Part shown: in pieces, positions 1-9,918 of the stretch
Layout of the letters: each line of letters starts with the position of its first letter
Position numbering within the stretch: position 1 is the first letter of the stretch
Source: Nitrospirota bacterium
GTDB lineage: Bacteria; Nitrospirota; UBA9217
Assembly (NCBI GenBank): GCA_963840455.1
Contig: CAWIYV010000014.1
Span: forward strand, 1 to 64,000
Length of the DNA stretch: 64,000 nucleotides
Direction: 5' to 3'
The notes under the pieces: generated by a model
The model's input: the letters and a program-made list of their open reading frames with translations, nothing else
What the model was told of the DNA's origin: nothing
The model's database searches: none
Translations under genes and position numbers: made by a program

Positions 1-10
1 AGGCCGGCTG

Positions 11-811
11 ATGAAACATTCCATTCTCCCGCTCATCCTTCTGTCGTTCTTTACGTTCTCCTGCCAGACCGTGCCCATCACGGGCAGGGAACAGCTCTCC
101 TTCGTCCCCGCAAGCCAGATCCTCCCGATGAGCTTCGATCAGTACAGCGATTTTCTCTCAAAACACACGGTGGTCGAACAGGGCGAGCATGCGGAGATGG
201 TCACGCGCGTCGGGACGCGGATCGAACATGCCGTGGAGCGGTATTTTTCCGATCACGGCCTTTCGTCGCGGCTCTCAGGGTACAAGTGGGAATATCACCT
301 GGTCGAGGACAAGCAGATCAACGCCTGGTGCATGCCCGGCGGCAAGGTGGTGGTCTATTCGGGGATCCTGCCGCTCACGAAGGACGAGAACGGGCTTGGC
401 GTGGTCCTCGGCCATGAGATCGCGCACGCCGTGGCCAACCACGGGGGCGAGCGCATGAGCCAGGCCCTTCTGGTGGAGATGGGCGGTCTTACCCTCGATG
501 CCGCGCTGTCGCAGAAACCGAAGCAGACGAATGACCTGTTCCTTACCGCCTACGGACTGGGCGCGCAGGTGGGCGTGCTGCTCCCGTACAGCAGGGTCCA
601 GGAGTCCGAGGCCGATCACCTGGGGCTCATCTTCATGGCCATGGCCGGATACGACCCGCACGGGGCCGTGGGGTTCTGGGAGCGGATGGTCGCGTCGCAG
701 CACGGCAAGGCGCCGCCCGAGTTCCTGAGCGATCATCCCGCGGATGCGCGGCGCATCGAGAATATCAAGAAGCTCCTGCCGGAGGCGATGACCTATTACC
801 GGCCGCAATGA
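11..811 (+). CDS. M48 family Zn metallopeptidase, lipoprotein
   Basis: Lipobox-like FSC; INAWCMPGG, HEIAH zincin motif, YSRxQESEAD, EFLSDHP. Confidence 0.92.
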   Translation: MKHSILPLILLSFFTFSCQTVPITGREQLSFVPASQILPMSFDQYSDFLSKHTVVEQGEHAEMVTRVGTRIEHAVERYFSDHGLSSRLSGYKWEYHLVEDKQINAWCMPGGKVVVYSGILPLTKDENGLGVVLGHEIAHAVANHGGERMSQALLVEMGGLTLDAALSQKPKQTNDLFLTAYGLGAQVGVLLPYSRVQESEADHLGLIFMAMAGYDPHGAVGFWERMVASQHGKAPPEFLSDHPADARRIENIKKLLPEAMTYYRPQ

Positions 812-913
812 ACCTCTCAGGAATCATATGGCCAGGTCTCCTGTGTTGTCATTTTGCTTTTTTGCCCGGTCGCTTTGATGAAATGATATGAAAGTAGCGA
901 AAGGAAGGACGCG

Positions 914-3608
914 ATGAATAGAAAAATTACGAAGAACTGGTTCCTCGCATTTGCTGTTGTTGCGGCGTTCCTTCTCCTCGCCGGCTCAAGGGAGTTCATC
1001 TCCTTTGTCGTGGACCTGCAGTTCTTCCGCGAGATCGGTTTCGAAGCGGTCTTTACCAAGACCTACACCGCAAAGCTCTTGACCGGGCTCGCGTTCGGCG
1101 GGATCGTATTTTTCCTGATCTATATCAACCTCCTGATCGCCGGAAAGCGAAAATTCCCGTTCAGCGGCATGAACATCCTTCTGGAAAGCGTGCCGCAGTT
1201 GGCGCGCGTGGATCTCAGCCGGCTGATGGGCAGGATATCGCTCCTGGTGTCGCTCGCTGCATTCCTGTTCAGCCTCCCGATCGGCATGCGCTATTGGGAG
1301 CGGCTGCTCCTCTTCCTGAACAGCACGCCTGCTGGCCTCGCGGACCCGCTCTTCGGCAAGGACATCTCGTTCTATCTGTTCACCTACCCGTTCATCGACT
1401 CGATGAACACGATGCTGCGCACCCTGATCGTGATCTCGGCGATCCTGACAGCTGCGGTCTATCTTGTCCGGGGCGGCGTGGTGATCATGGCCAGGCACTT
1501 CGACCTTGATCCTGTCGTGAAGCGCCATCTCGGCATCCTGGTATCGCTCTTTCTCTTAAGCCTCTCCGTGAGCTTTGCTCTCGACCGCTACGGGCTGCTC
1601 TTCGTTGAACACGGCGTCCTGTACGGCGCCTCGTACACTGACGTGAACGCCCGTCTCTTCATGCTTTCGGTCATGGTCGCTGCTCTCCCTCGCTGCTGCG
1701 ATCGCGGTGCCGGTCTTTGCCGCTCGTGGCTCCCTCGTTCTGCCGCTCGTTGCTCTGGGTGCTCTCATCGGCCTTTCCGTGCTGGGGCTGCAGATCTATC
1801 CAGCCATGCTGCAGAGCTTCAAGGTCTCGCCGAACGAGATCGTGCTCGAACGGCCCTACATCGCGGACCATATCAAGTTCACCCGGTACGGCTTTGGCCT
1901 GGAGAACATGGGATTACAGCCCTTTGCCGCGAACAAGCAGCTGACCTTCAGCGATATCCGGAAGAACCTGGCCACCATCCAGAACATCCGGCTCTGGGAC
2001 GAGGAACCCCTCTTAAAGACGTACAGCCAGCTGCAGCAGATCCGGACCTACTATCACTTCAGCGGCGTGGACAATGACCGCTATACCGTGAACGACAAGT
2101 ACCGCCAGGTCATGCTGTCCCCCCGGGAGCTGTCCTACGCTGATCTGCCGGAGAAGTCATGGATCAACGAACGGCTCGTCTTCACCCATGGCTTCGGCCT
2201 GGCCATGGGGCCCGTGAGCGGCATCACCAAGGAAGGGCTTCCGGAATTCTATATCAAGGACATCCCGCCGGTGTCCACGGCAGGGCCGAAGGTGTCCCGG
2301 CCCGAGATCTACTACGGCGAAAGCCCGAACGACTACGTCATCGTGAACACCAGGACAAAGGAGTTCAGCTATCCCACGACAGAAGGGAACGTCTACACTG
2401 TGTATGCAGGGAAAGGCGGCGTCCGGCTCTCGTCCTTCCTCATGCGGTTCCTCTATGCCGCCTACTTTGGAAACGCCAATATCTTCCTGTCGAGCGACGT
2501 GATCAATGAAAGCCGGATACTCTATAACCGGAAGATCGTCGATCGCGTGGCAGCGGTAGCACCGTTCCTGTCGTACGATCCTGATCCGTACATGGTCATC
2601 GCTGACGACGGCAGATTGTTCTGGATCATCGACGCCTACACGCAGAGCGCTCATCTCCCTTATTCGAAGCCGCTTGCGGGAGGGACCAACTATATCCGTA
2701 ATTCCGTCAAAGTGGTCGTGGACGCCTATGACGGTTCGGTCTCGTTCTACCTTGTGGACCAGAAGGACATCCTGGCAAAGACCTACGCCAGCATCTTCCC
2801 GACACTGTTCAAACCAATGAGCGATATGCCCGCAGACGTCGGCCGGCACATCCGGTATCCCCGGGCGCTGCTCAAGGTCCAGGCGCGGATGTTCACCACC
2901 TTCCATATGACGGACCCCTCGGTGTTCTACAACAAGGAGGACCTCTGGGAGATCCCGTCGTACCGCGGGAAGACCATGGACCCCTATTACCTCATCACCA
3001 GGCTGCCGGGGTTCGACGAGGAAGAGTACATCCTGCTCCTCCCGTTCACCCCGTCGAAGCGGGACAACCTGGCCGCCTGGATGGCCGCGCGAAGCGACGG
3101 CAAGAACTACGGCAAGGTCACGGTCTACACCTTTCCGCGCGATAGGCTCGTCTTCGGGCCGCGCCAGATCGACGCCCGGATCGACCAGGACTCCTATATC
3201 TCGCAGCAGCTCACGCTCTGGGGCCAGCACGGCTCCGATGTGATCCGGGGGAGCCTCCTCGTCATCCCCATCGAGGACTCGCTCATCTACGTGCAGCCGC
3301 TCTTCCTGGTGGCCACGGAGAAGGGCGGCCTGCCCGAGCTGCGGAGGGTCATCGTTGCCTACGGGAACAACGTGGTGATGGAAGAGACCCTCGATGCCGC
3401 GATCCAGCGCCTGTTCAGCGGCCAGCTGCCGAGCATGCGCATGATGGAGACCGGCGGGGTAACGGGCAAGCGGCCCTCACGGGAGCTGAGCTCGCAGGCG
3501 CTCGAACAGCTGCGCAAAGCGAGAGAAGCGCTCCGGAAAGAAGATTGGGCCGGTTACGGGAAATACCAGAAAGAGCTGGAAGAAACACTCCGGGAAATGG
3601 CGAAGTAG
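914..3608 (+). pseudogene. UPF0182 family membrane protein split by a 1-nt frameshift near 1680 (or sequence error)
   Basis: ORF 914 has DPLFGKDISFYLF and GASYTDV; ORF 1707-3608 has NIRLWD, THGFG, NYIRNSVK; frames join at atg-gtc-(g)-ctg-ctc-tcc. Confidence 0.85.
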
Positions 3609-3770
3609 GTTTGAGCAGGAAACAGCTGACACGGAGACGCGGTGACATCCCCGACTGAATCGCTCGGGGACAGGCGGGGACAAGGAGACCAGGAGGCAGG
3701 GAGACACGGAACCGCGAGGTCAGGTCTTCTATTTTGATAGGATCTTCTCCTTCCTTTCGCGTTCTAAGAA

Positions 3771-4043
3771 TTTCGGCAGTCCCGCGCCTCGTGATCGTCC
3801 CATGCATACGCACAGACTTCGCAGCCGGACTACCCGGCGCTTGGGTATGGCAAAGACTTTGGCAGTCCCATACGAAAATTTAGGCAGGCGACAGAGGACG
3901 AGGGTTAAACATTTCGGATGTTCGAAGCCCGAAGGGCAAGTTTCCGAAATGTACCGAGGACGACCGAGCCTGCCGTGAAGAATTTTCGTCGGGTGCCCTT
4001 CTTGGGTCACCTTTCTTGGGCACGCAAGAAAGGTGACAAAGAA
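3771..4043. repeat. Palindromic repeat element copy A with long internal hairpin (3872-3989)
   Basis: 3771-3873 and 4009-4043 recur at about 4425-4562; nested inverted arms acgaaaatt/aattttcgt, ggcaggc/gcctgcc, acatttcgga/tccgaaatgt. Confidence 0.85.
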
Positions 4044-4073
4044 TGAGAATGATCATGCCTGCGCGGGCCTGTG

Positions 4074-4282
4074 AATCCAGGAGCAAGCGATTAGCGAGCG
4101 ATTAGAATAAACACTTACCCTGAGGATCGAAGCTCCATGCCTCTTGCAGTAGGGAGCTTAAATCCAGGAGCAAGCGCTAAGCGAGCGATTAGAATAAACA
4201 TTACCCTGAGGATCGAAGCTCCACTGCCTCTTTCCGTAGGGAGCTTAAATCCAGGAGTAAGCGCTTAGCGAGCGATTAGAAT
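4074..4282 (+). repeat. Tandem array of 87-bp units (about 2.4 copies)
   Basis: AATCCAGGAG starts at 4074, 4161, 4248; near-identical units. Confidence 0.95.
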
Positions 4283-4424
4283 TGCAACTTCCTTGAATTT
4301 TTTGGGCAGCCCGGTGGCTTGCTGTGCTAAGCATGTGGAGCTTGTTCGGTCAATCGGAACCATGTGACAGCCGCAGCACTTCCCCTCGCCCGAAACGGGG
4401 GGCTCGGCCGTGTCTGCTAAAGCT

Positions 4425-4562
4425 TTTCGGCAGTCCTGCGCCTCGTGATCGTTCCATGCATACGCACAGACTTCGCAGCCGGGCTACCCGGCGCTTGGGT
4501 AAGGCAAAAACTTTAGTCGTCCCATACACCTTTCTTGGGCATGCAAGAAAGGTGACAAAGAA
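4425..4562. repeat. Palindromic repeat element copy B, lacking the internal hairpin of copy A
   Basis: Direct repeat of 3771-4043 joined gtcccatac|acctttcttggg. Confidence 0.85.
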
Positions 4563-4659
4563 CTAGAATGATAAGACTGTAGGGGTGCAGGCCTGAAAAG
4601 ATGAAATGTTAGCTGCTCTGTCCTAAGAAGCCGAGCTATGCTTGCCTCGGAGGGAACGT

Positions 4660-5118
4660 ATGATCGTCGCCGACCTCGATACGATCGAACACCAGATGAC
4701 GCTGACGCCTGAGCTCCGGCAGGCGATCGCTTTCCTGCGCCGGAAGGACCTCCCGGACCTTCCCGATGGAACAATGACCATCGACGGTACGCGCGTCTTT
4801 GCCATTCTCCAGCGGTATCGGACCGCCCACGTCGATGCACCGAAGTTCGAATGCCACCGGAAGTACCTCGACGTGCAATACGTCCTCTCCGGCGAAGAGA
4901 TCATCGGATGGGCGCCCGTGTCCGGGATGACGGCCTCGTTCGACTACGATGCAGGTCAGGACCTCTGTTATGGGCTGATGCAGCCAGGGACGTGGTCGCC
5001 CGTGCGTCTCAAAGCCGGGCAGCTCGCCGTGCTCTGGCCCGAGGACGGCCACGCCCCCCGGATCGCGGCGGGAAGTCCGTGCCTGGTGAGGAAGATCGTT
5101 GTGAAGGTGGCGGTATAG
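4660..5118 (+). CDS. YhcH/YjgK/YiaL family protein
   Basis: FECHRKYLDVQY and PEDGHAP..KIVVKV motifs; RBS ggaggg. Confidence 0.9.
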   Translation: MIVADLDTIEHQMTLTPELRQAIAFLRRKDLPDLPDGTMTIDGTRVFAILQRYRTAHVDAPKFECHRKYLDVQYVLSGEEIIGWAPVSGMTASFDYDAGQDLCYGLMQPGTWSPVRLKAGQLAVLWPEDGHAPRIAAGSPCLVRKIVVKVAV

Positions 5119-5137
5119 CTGCTTCGAGAGACCTCCT

Positions 5138-5220
5138 GGGATCAAATCTTCAAAAGTGACATCCTTCCCTTGCCAGTTATACCGTCAAGCTGTACAGCTG
5201 CGTCCTCATGAGCAGCCACC
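5138..5220 (+). pseudogene. Internally deleted remnant of the RAYT-like transposase seen at 7978-8272
   Basis: Shares aatcttcaaaa.tgacatcctt and agttataccgtcaagctgtacagctgcgtc..ctcatgagca with the 8-kb copy. Confidence 0.8.
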
Positions 5221-5356
5221 CGGCCGGGAGGGACAAAAAGAGGCACCGGAACCCATGCCCGGTGCCTCGCTACCTGACAAACTAATTGAACACACATCCC
5301 TGGGGGCGGGAGCGCAACTTTACCCTGCGCGATCGCTCACCCGGAAACGCATGCTG

Positions 5357-5884
5357 CTACACCGCATGCTTGAACTTCTCTTTCCCTTCGAGGTACATTA
5401 CTTCGCCTGATTCCACGGCCGCGGTAACCGCGCTTTTGCCTGCCCCGTAGAGTTCCTTGCTCTTGTCAATGGCGGAAGCAACCCGCTCCCCTGTACTCGA
5501 GGCGAACCGCTTCAGGTCTTTCCTGATCTCGGTTCCTGATTTCGGTGCCAGCAGCAGCGCAATGCCCGCCCCGATGATGCCGCCCGCCAGGACCGGGACC
5601 ATGAACGAGCGCTTCTCGTTGATAATGAACTCTAAGGGCTTTTCCTCCACGTACGCCTTCTTGCCGGCTTCCACGGCTTTACCTACAAACTCTCTGCTTT
5701 CACCATAGAGGCCCTTGCCTATATCAATGGCCTGTGAGACCCGGGTAGCGACCCGCTTCAGGTCTTCCCTGATCTCGGTTCCTGATTTCGGCGCCAGCAA
5801 CAGCGCCAACCCCGCCCCTAGAGCGCCGCCTGCCAGGACCGGCGTAAGGATCGATCCTTTCCTATTTGTGATTTCTTCTTTCAT
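5357..5884 (-). CDS. Protein with two tandem YtxH-like domains
   Basis: Two copies of PVLAGG..GAG.ALLLAPKSGTEIR.DLKR. Confidence 0.88.
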   Translation of the reverse strand: MKEEITNRKGSILTPVLAGGALGAGLALLLAPKSGTEIREDLKRVATRVSQAIDIGKGLYGESREFVGKAVEAGKKAYVEEKPLEFIINEKRSFMVPVLAGGIIGAGIALLLAPKSGTEIRKDLKRFASSTGERVASAIDKSKELYGAGKSAVTAAVESGEVMYLEGKEKFKHAV

Positions 5885-6184
5885 GATCATCACTCCTTTC
5901 TTCTGTTACTTGTTACTGTTCTCAAAAGGGTTGAGACCCCTGCCTTCACGCCTGCTTTCGACCCCGCCCTGTTCGTCCGCCATACGCTTACGATCGATGC
6001 GCGGGAAACCACGGCGCAGATGCTGCATGGCACAATGCCAATCTTCGGCAGCGCACCATGCATTGTGATCGCATTCGTGAAATCTTCTTTATTAAAGTAT
6101 AGCACTCTTTCCGGGAAACAGGAGAGAACGGAAGGATATCGGCAAAATAAGCGGAAAGAGAGGCATCTTGGGGCAAGGTCTTTA

Positions 6185-6655
6185 CCGGCTGTTGAAAAAC
6201 ACCAATTCCGTCATTGAGAGAAGCGATTTTCGCAAGCCTGCCCCCGCATGATTTAAGCAGGGGCGGCAATCTCAACTCATTGATTTGATTGAATCCAGGA
6301 GCGAGCGCTTAGCGAGCGATTAGAATAAACACTACCCTGAGGATCGGAGCTCAATGCCTCTTTCCGTAGGGAGCTTAAATCCAGGAGCAAGCGCTTAGCG
6401 AGCGATTAGAATAAACACTACCCTGAGGATCGAAGCTCAATGCCTCTTTCCGTAGGGAGCTTAAATCCAGGAGCAAGCGCTTAGCGAGCGATTAGAATAA
6501 ACACTACCCTGAGGATCGAAGCTCCATGCCTCTTTTCCGTAGGGAGCTTAAATCCAGGAGCGAGCGCATTCCCCGTAGCTTGCTGCAGGGAGCTTCAATA
6601 CGAGATTGTTTCGTTTCGCTCCCCAAGACAGCCGAAAGACTTTTTCAACAGCCTG
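6185..6655. mobile_element. MITE-like element with nested repeats
   Basis: Terminal IRs CCGGCTGTTGAAAAA / TTTTTCAACAGCCTG (14/15), flanked both sides by TTTA; no transposase inside. Confidence 0.75.
6292..6598 (+). repeat. Tandem array of 86/87-bp units (3 full plus a REP-hairpin-bearing end)
   Basis: Unit starts 6292, 6378, 6464, 6551; same unit as at 4074. Confidence 0.95.
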
Positions 6656-6813
6656 TTTATACTCTCCCGTTATCTTGCCTCACGACCAGTCCGGTGCTAC
6701 TATATATAATAAAAGAATGAGAGATGGATAGATCAGTATCGAACTCTGGCAACTCTCATCATGACGGTTGTGAGATCGGAACGGGATACACAGGGAAGGA
6801 AGGGGCACATCAC

Positions 6814-6972
6814 ATGAAGAAGATCATGCGGAACATCATCGTCACGCTCCTGCTGCTCGCCTGCAGCGGCTGCTGCCCCGTTTTTGTCCCGGTAGAAGGA
6901 GGAGATCGCGGAGGAGAACGCGGAGGGCATGATCACCACGATCAAGGTGACCGCGGCGGTCACCGTGACTAG
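6814..6972 (+). CDS. Small putative lipoprotein with Gly/His/Arg-rich tail
   Basis: Signal peptide with lipobox-like ACSGC; RBS upstream. Confidence 0.6.
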   Translation: MKKIMRNIIVTLLLLACSGCCPVFVPVEGGDRGGERGGHDHHDQGDRGGHRD

Positions 6973-6991
6973 GAGCAAAGGAGCCAACAAA

Positions 6992-7888
6992 ATGAAAAAG
7001 CTCGTTTTAGGAACGATCCTTTTGGCAATGGCAATTGTCGCACCTGTTCCCGCAATGGCAGGGGTGGATGTACATATTGGAATTAATCTGCCGCCGCCCG
7101 TCGTATTTGAGGCGCCTCCGCAGGTGATCGTGCTGCCTGATACAAACTATGTGTACGTTGTTCCCGATATAGGTGTGGACATTTTTTTCTGGAACGGCTG
7201 GTGGTGGCGACCATGGGGAGGCGGTTGGTATCGCTCATATTATTATGACCGGGGTTGGGCTTATTATAACAACGTACCACGTTTTTATTATGATGTAGAC
7301 CCGGGTTGGAGAGGATACTACAGAGACCATAACTGGTACGGACACCGGTGGAACTATGAACCGATCCCTCACCAGCAACTTCAGCAGAACTGGAAGAGCT
7401 GGAATCATGATCGCTATTGGGAAAGGCAGAGAACCTGGGGCGTACAGAACTATCAACCCCGGCCGCAGCAGCAAAGGCAGGAACTAAGACAGCAAAGGCA
7501 AAGGCAATATCAGCAGAATCCTGAGGTCCAGCGACATCAGCAAGAGAGACAGCGGCAGCAAAAACAGCCGCAGGTTCAGCAACCACAAGGTCAACAGCAA
7601 AGACAACCCCAGGTTCGACAACCACAACAGCAACAACGTCAGCCGCAGGTTCAGCAACCACAAGGTCAACAGCAAAGACCACCTCAGGTTCGACAACCGC
7701 AACAGCAACAACGTCAGCCGCAGGTTCAGCCCACAGAGAAAAAAAGGCCTCAGGGCGGCCCTGCACCGGCCGGCGAGCAGAAGAAGGCGAAGCCCGAGAA
7801 GAAGGTGAAACCCATTGAACCTGGAGAAGGCCGCGAATCTAGGGACGGGAGGAGGTCTGACGAGCCACGCAATGCTCCTGAGAGGTAG
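6992..7888 (+). CDS. Secreted protein with Trp/Tyr-rich domain and Gln/Pro-rich repeats
   Basis: Signal peptide; VYVVPD..IFFWNGWWW; 25-aa QPQVQQPQGQQQR.PQVRQPQQQQR repeat twice. Confidence 0.85.
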   Translation: MKKLVLGTILLAMAIVAPVPAMAGVDVHIGINLPPPVVFEAPPQVIVLPDTNYVYVVPDIGVDIFFWNGWWWRPWGGGWYRSYYYDRGWAYYNNVPRFYYDVDPGWRGYYRDHNWYGHRWNYEPIPHQQLQQNWKSWNHDRYWERQRTWGVQNYQPRPQQQRQELRQQRQRQYQQNPEVQRHQQERQRQQKQPQVQQPQGQQQRQPQVRQPQQQQRQPQVQQPQGQQQRPPQVRQPQQQQRQPQVQPTEKKRPQGGPAPAGEQKKAKPEKKVKPIEPGEGRESRDGRRSDEPRNAPER

Positions 7889-8029
7889 GGCAGTAGCACT
7901 TTAGGGTCACCCACTTAAAGAGCACCATCAAACGAAAAAAGCTGTCTTGTGGCGAGAAACGGTACGGGGGAGCTCCGGGGGTCGAATCTTCAAAATTGAC
8001 ATCCTTCTCTTATTCTGCCATGGTTTGCC

Positions 8030-8272
8030 ATGGCCAGACCCCTCCGCATCCAGTACGACGCCGCGGAGTATTATGCCACGTGCCGTGGCAATGAACGACG
8101 CGAAATTTTCAAGGACGACGGCGACCGGAAAAGGTTCATCCAGATACTCCTGAAGTCCCTTGCGAGTTATACCGTCAAGCTGTACAGCTGCGTCCCCTCA
8201 TGAGCAACGCTTGCACCTGCTCCTTGAGACGAGACGCCCACGGGAAACCTCGGCGAATCCACGCCCCATTTC
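8030..8272 (+). pseudogene. REP-associated tyrosine transposase (RAYT, Y1/IS200-like) remnant
   Basis: Translates MARPLRIQY..TCRGNERREIFKDDGDRKRF, then after frameshifts LMSN.LHLLLET..GNLGE; truncated. Confidence 0.85.
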
Positions 8273-8417
8273 TCTCTGCTAAAAATATTCTTTTATCCAG
8301 AAGCACAAAGATACTGAAACAGTGCTATATTTGAACTAAGGTTAGTTGCATTAGTTAGAAACCATGCAATAAGTCTGTTCGCTGTTGTTTCAAATTTTCA
8401 GGAAAGGGGTGATTCGT

Positions 8418-8792
8418 ATGTTGCTAGACACTGCAAGAGCCGAATTAAAGAGGTTTAGCCAGCCAGACGAGGTGAGAACATTTCCCTACGGGAAGGTGGA
8501 ATTAATAACGATCGGAGGAGCAACGATCGGGAAGGCGACATTTGAGCCGGGTTGGAAGTGGTCAACGTCGTTGCAACCGCTGGTGAAAACAAAAAGCTGT
8601 GAGGCCCCGCACTTCCAGTATCATGTAGCGGGCACCATCATGGTCTTGATGGATGATGGGACGAAGCTTGAGTGCAAGGCAGGCGACGTATCCCTCCTGC
8701 CGACTGGACACGATGCATGGGTGGTGGGGAATGAGCCTGCCGTCGTTGTGGATTTTCAAGGCATGGTTGAGTATGCAAAAAAGTCCTCATGA
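8418..8792 (+). CDS. Cupin domain protein
   Basis: FEPGWKWS..SCEAPH..GHDAWVVGNEP. Confidence 0.88.
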   Translation: MLLDTARAELKRFSQPDEVRTFPYGKVELITIGGATIGKATFEPGWKWSTSLQPLVKTKSCEAPHFQYHVAGTIMVLMDDGTKLECKAGDVSLLPTGHDAWVVGNEPAVVVDFQGMVEYAKKSS

Positions 8793-8950
8793 CCACGATA
8801 ACCAATGAGTCGGGGGGCTCATTGGCTGCTCTCTGGTGCAGCGGCACGGGATGTCGGTAACAGATGCTCACGGAAATATGCGAGTTCCGTAGCAAGTGGA
8901 CTTTACGGTTGGAATCGAAAGAGAATGTCTCAGGAAGGGAGGTGGCGACC

Positions 8951-9115
8951 ATGACGGAGAAATTAAAACAACTTGAATGCGATCCAAAATGCGGTTTCCT
9001 GATTCGGAGTCACAATGAGAAGGAGATCGTGGAAATAGCGATTCAACACGCGAAAAAAGCGCACAGCATGACGGTTACCGAAAAGGACGCACGAGGCATG
9101 CTGAAAGACGCATAG
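8951..9115 (+). CDS. DUF1059-like small metal-binding protein
   Basis: C..C GF.IRS..E.E....HAKKAH pattern; RBS ggaggt. Confidence 0.75.
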   Translation: MTEKLKQLECDPKCGFLIRSHNEKEIVEIAIQHAKKAHSMTVTEKDARGMLKDA

Positions 9116-9328
9116 TGCAGGAGAAGGGGGGGGCTGTTCGAGGTCAGGCTTGACTTCTTGATTTGGAGAAGCGTCGCCGCCTGCCCGAGAGCGCGCTGCG
9201 TCCCCTTCGGCTTCGTCCTTTTCGCTAGGCATGGTGTTCCAGGAGCTCCTCTTGTCTCGCGCGACCTGCACCGGCCCGGCAGCGCCGGTGCAGTGATCAT
9301 CCCATGCTTCCTGCCATTCCCGCTCGGC

Positions 9329-9688
9329 TCAGAACCCGTTCTGCACGATCGAAATGAGCGTGTCCTTCATCATGGCGCCGGTCTTCATGCTCATCCATGG
9401 GGACTGCAGGGTCACATTGATCTTGCCTTTCTTGAAGAGCGCGCCTTCCCTGGTCACTTCTCCCACGCTCTCAAGCCCCTGCTTCCGGTAGAACTCGGCG
9501 ACCTTCGCAAGGGGATCATTCGTGCGGTAGCAGGCCCCGTTGAATCCCATGGATTCCTTGAGGGCCTTCGAGGTCGCTTCATCATATTTCGCGCCGGGAT
9601 AGACCGGCACCCCGAACTTTTCATCAGCTGAAGCCGGGCTCGCGGTCAGCACGAGGAACACTGCGAAGATCCAGCCTGTACGCTTCAT
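9329..9688 (-). CDS. Secreted hypothetical protein
   Basis: Signal peptide, GVPVYPGAK motif, RBS aggagg. Confidence 0.8.
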   Translation of the reverse strand: MKRTGWIFAVFLVLTASPASADEKFGVPVYPGAKYDEATSKALKESMGFNGACYRTNDPLAKVAEFYRKQGLESVGEVTREGALFKKGKINVTLQSPWMSMKTGAMMKDTLISIVQNGF

Positions 9689-9727
9689 GGTCGCCTCCTG
9701 GGGTCGTCTGTCAGATTTTCCGCCCTG

Positions 9728-9868
9728 TCATTTCGGCAGCGCGGTCAGGTCCATGCTATCGATCAGTCCCTAGGGCAGGGGCAGGTCGCAAACGCCTGAT
9801 CCGCGGATCTCCACAAGGAACCGGTTGTTCACCGGGAACACGAAGTTGCTGCCGCCGCTTACCGGATT
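9728..9868 (-). pseudogene. C-terminal gene remnant with internal stop
   Basis: Reads SGGSNFVFPVNNRFLVEIRGSGVCDLPLP*GLIDSMDLTALPK*; no start; abuts the 24-bp motif at 9869. Confidence 0.5.
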
Positions 9869-9918
9869 GGGGTCAAATCGTATTTGTTGACAATGATGGT
9901 AACGTTAACAATTTGACG

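Noticed and set aside
3415-4566. Short ORFs over repeat regions (also 6526-6720, 12722-13412)
   Set aside because: They are translations of repeat DNA with no protein features.
4074-6598. CRISPR array interpretation of the 86/87-bp repeats
   Set aside because: Whole units are near-identical with no unique spacers; no cas genes in the window.
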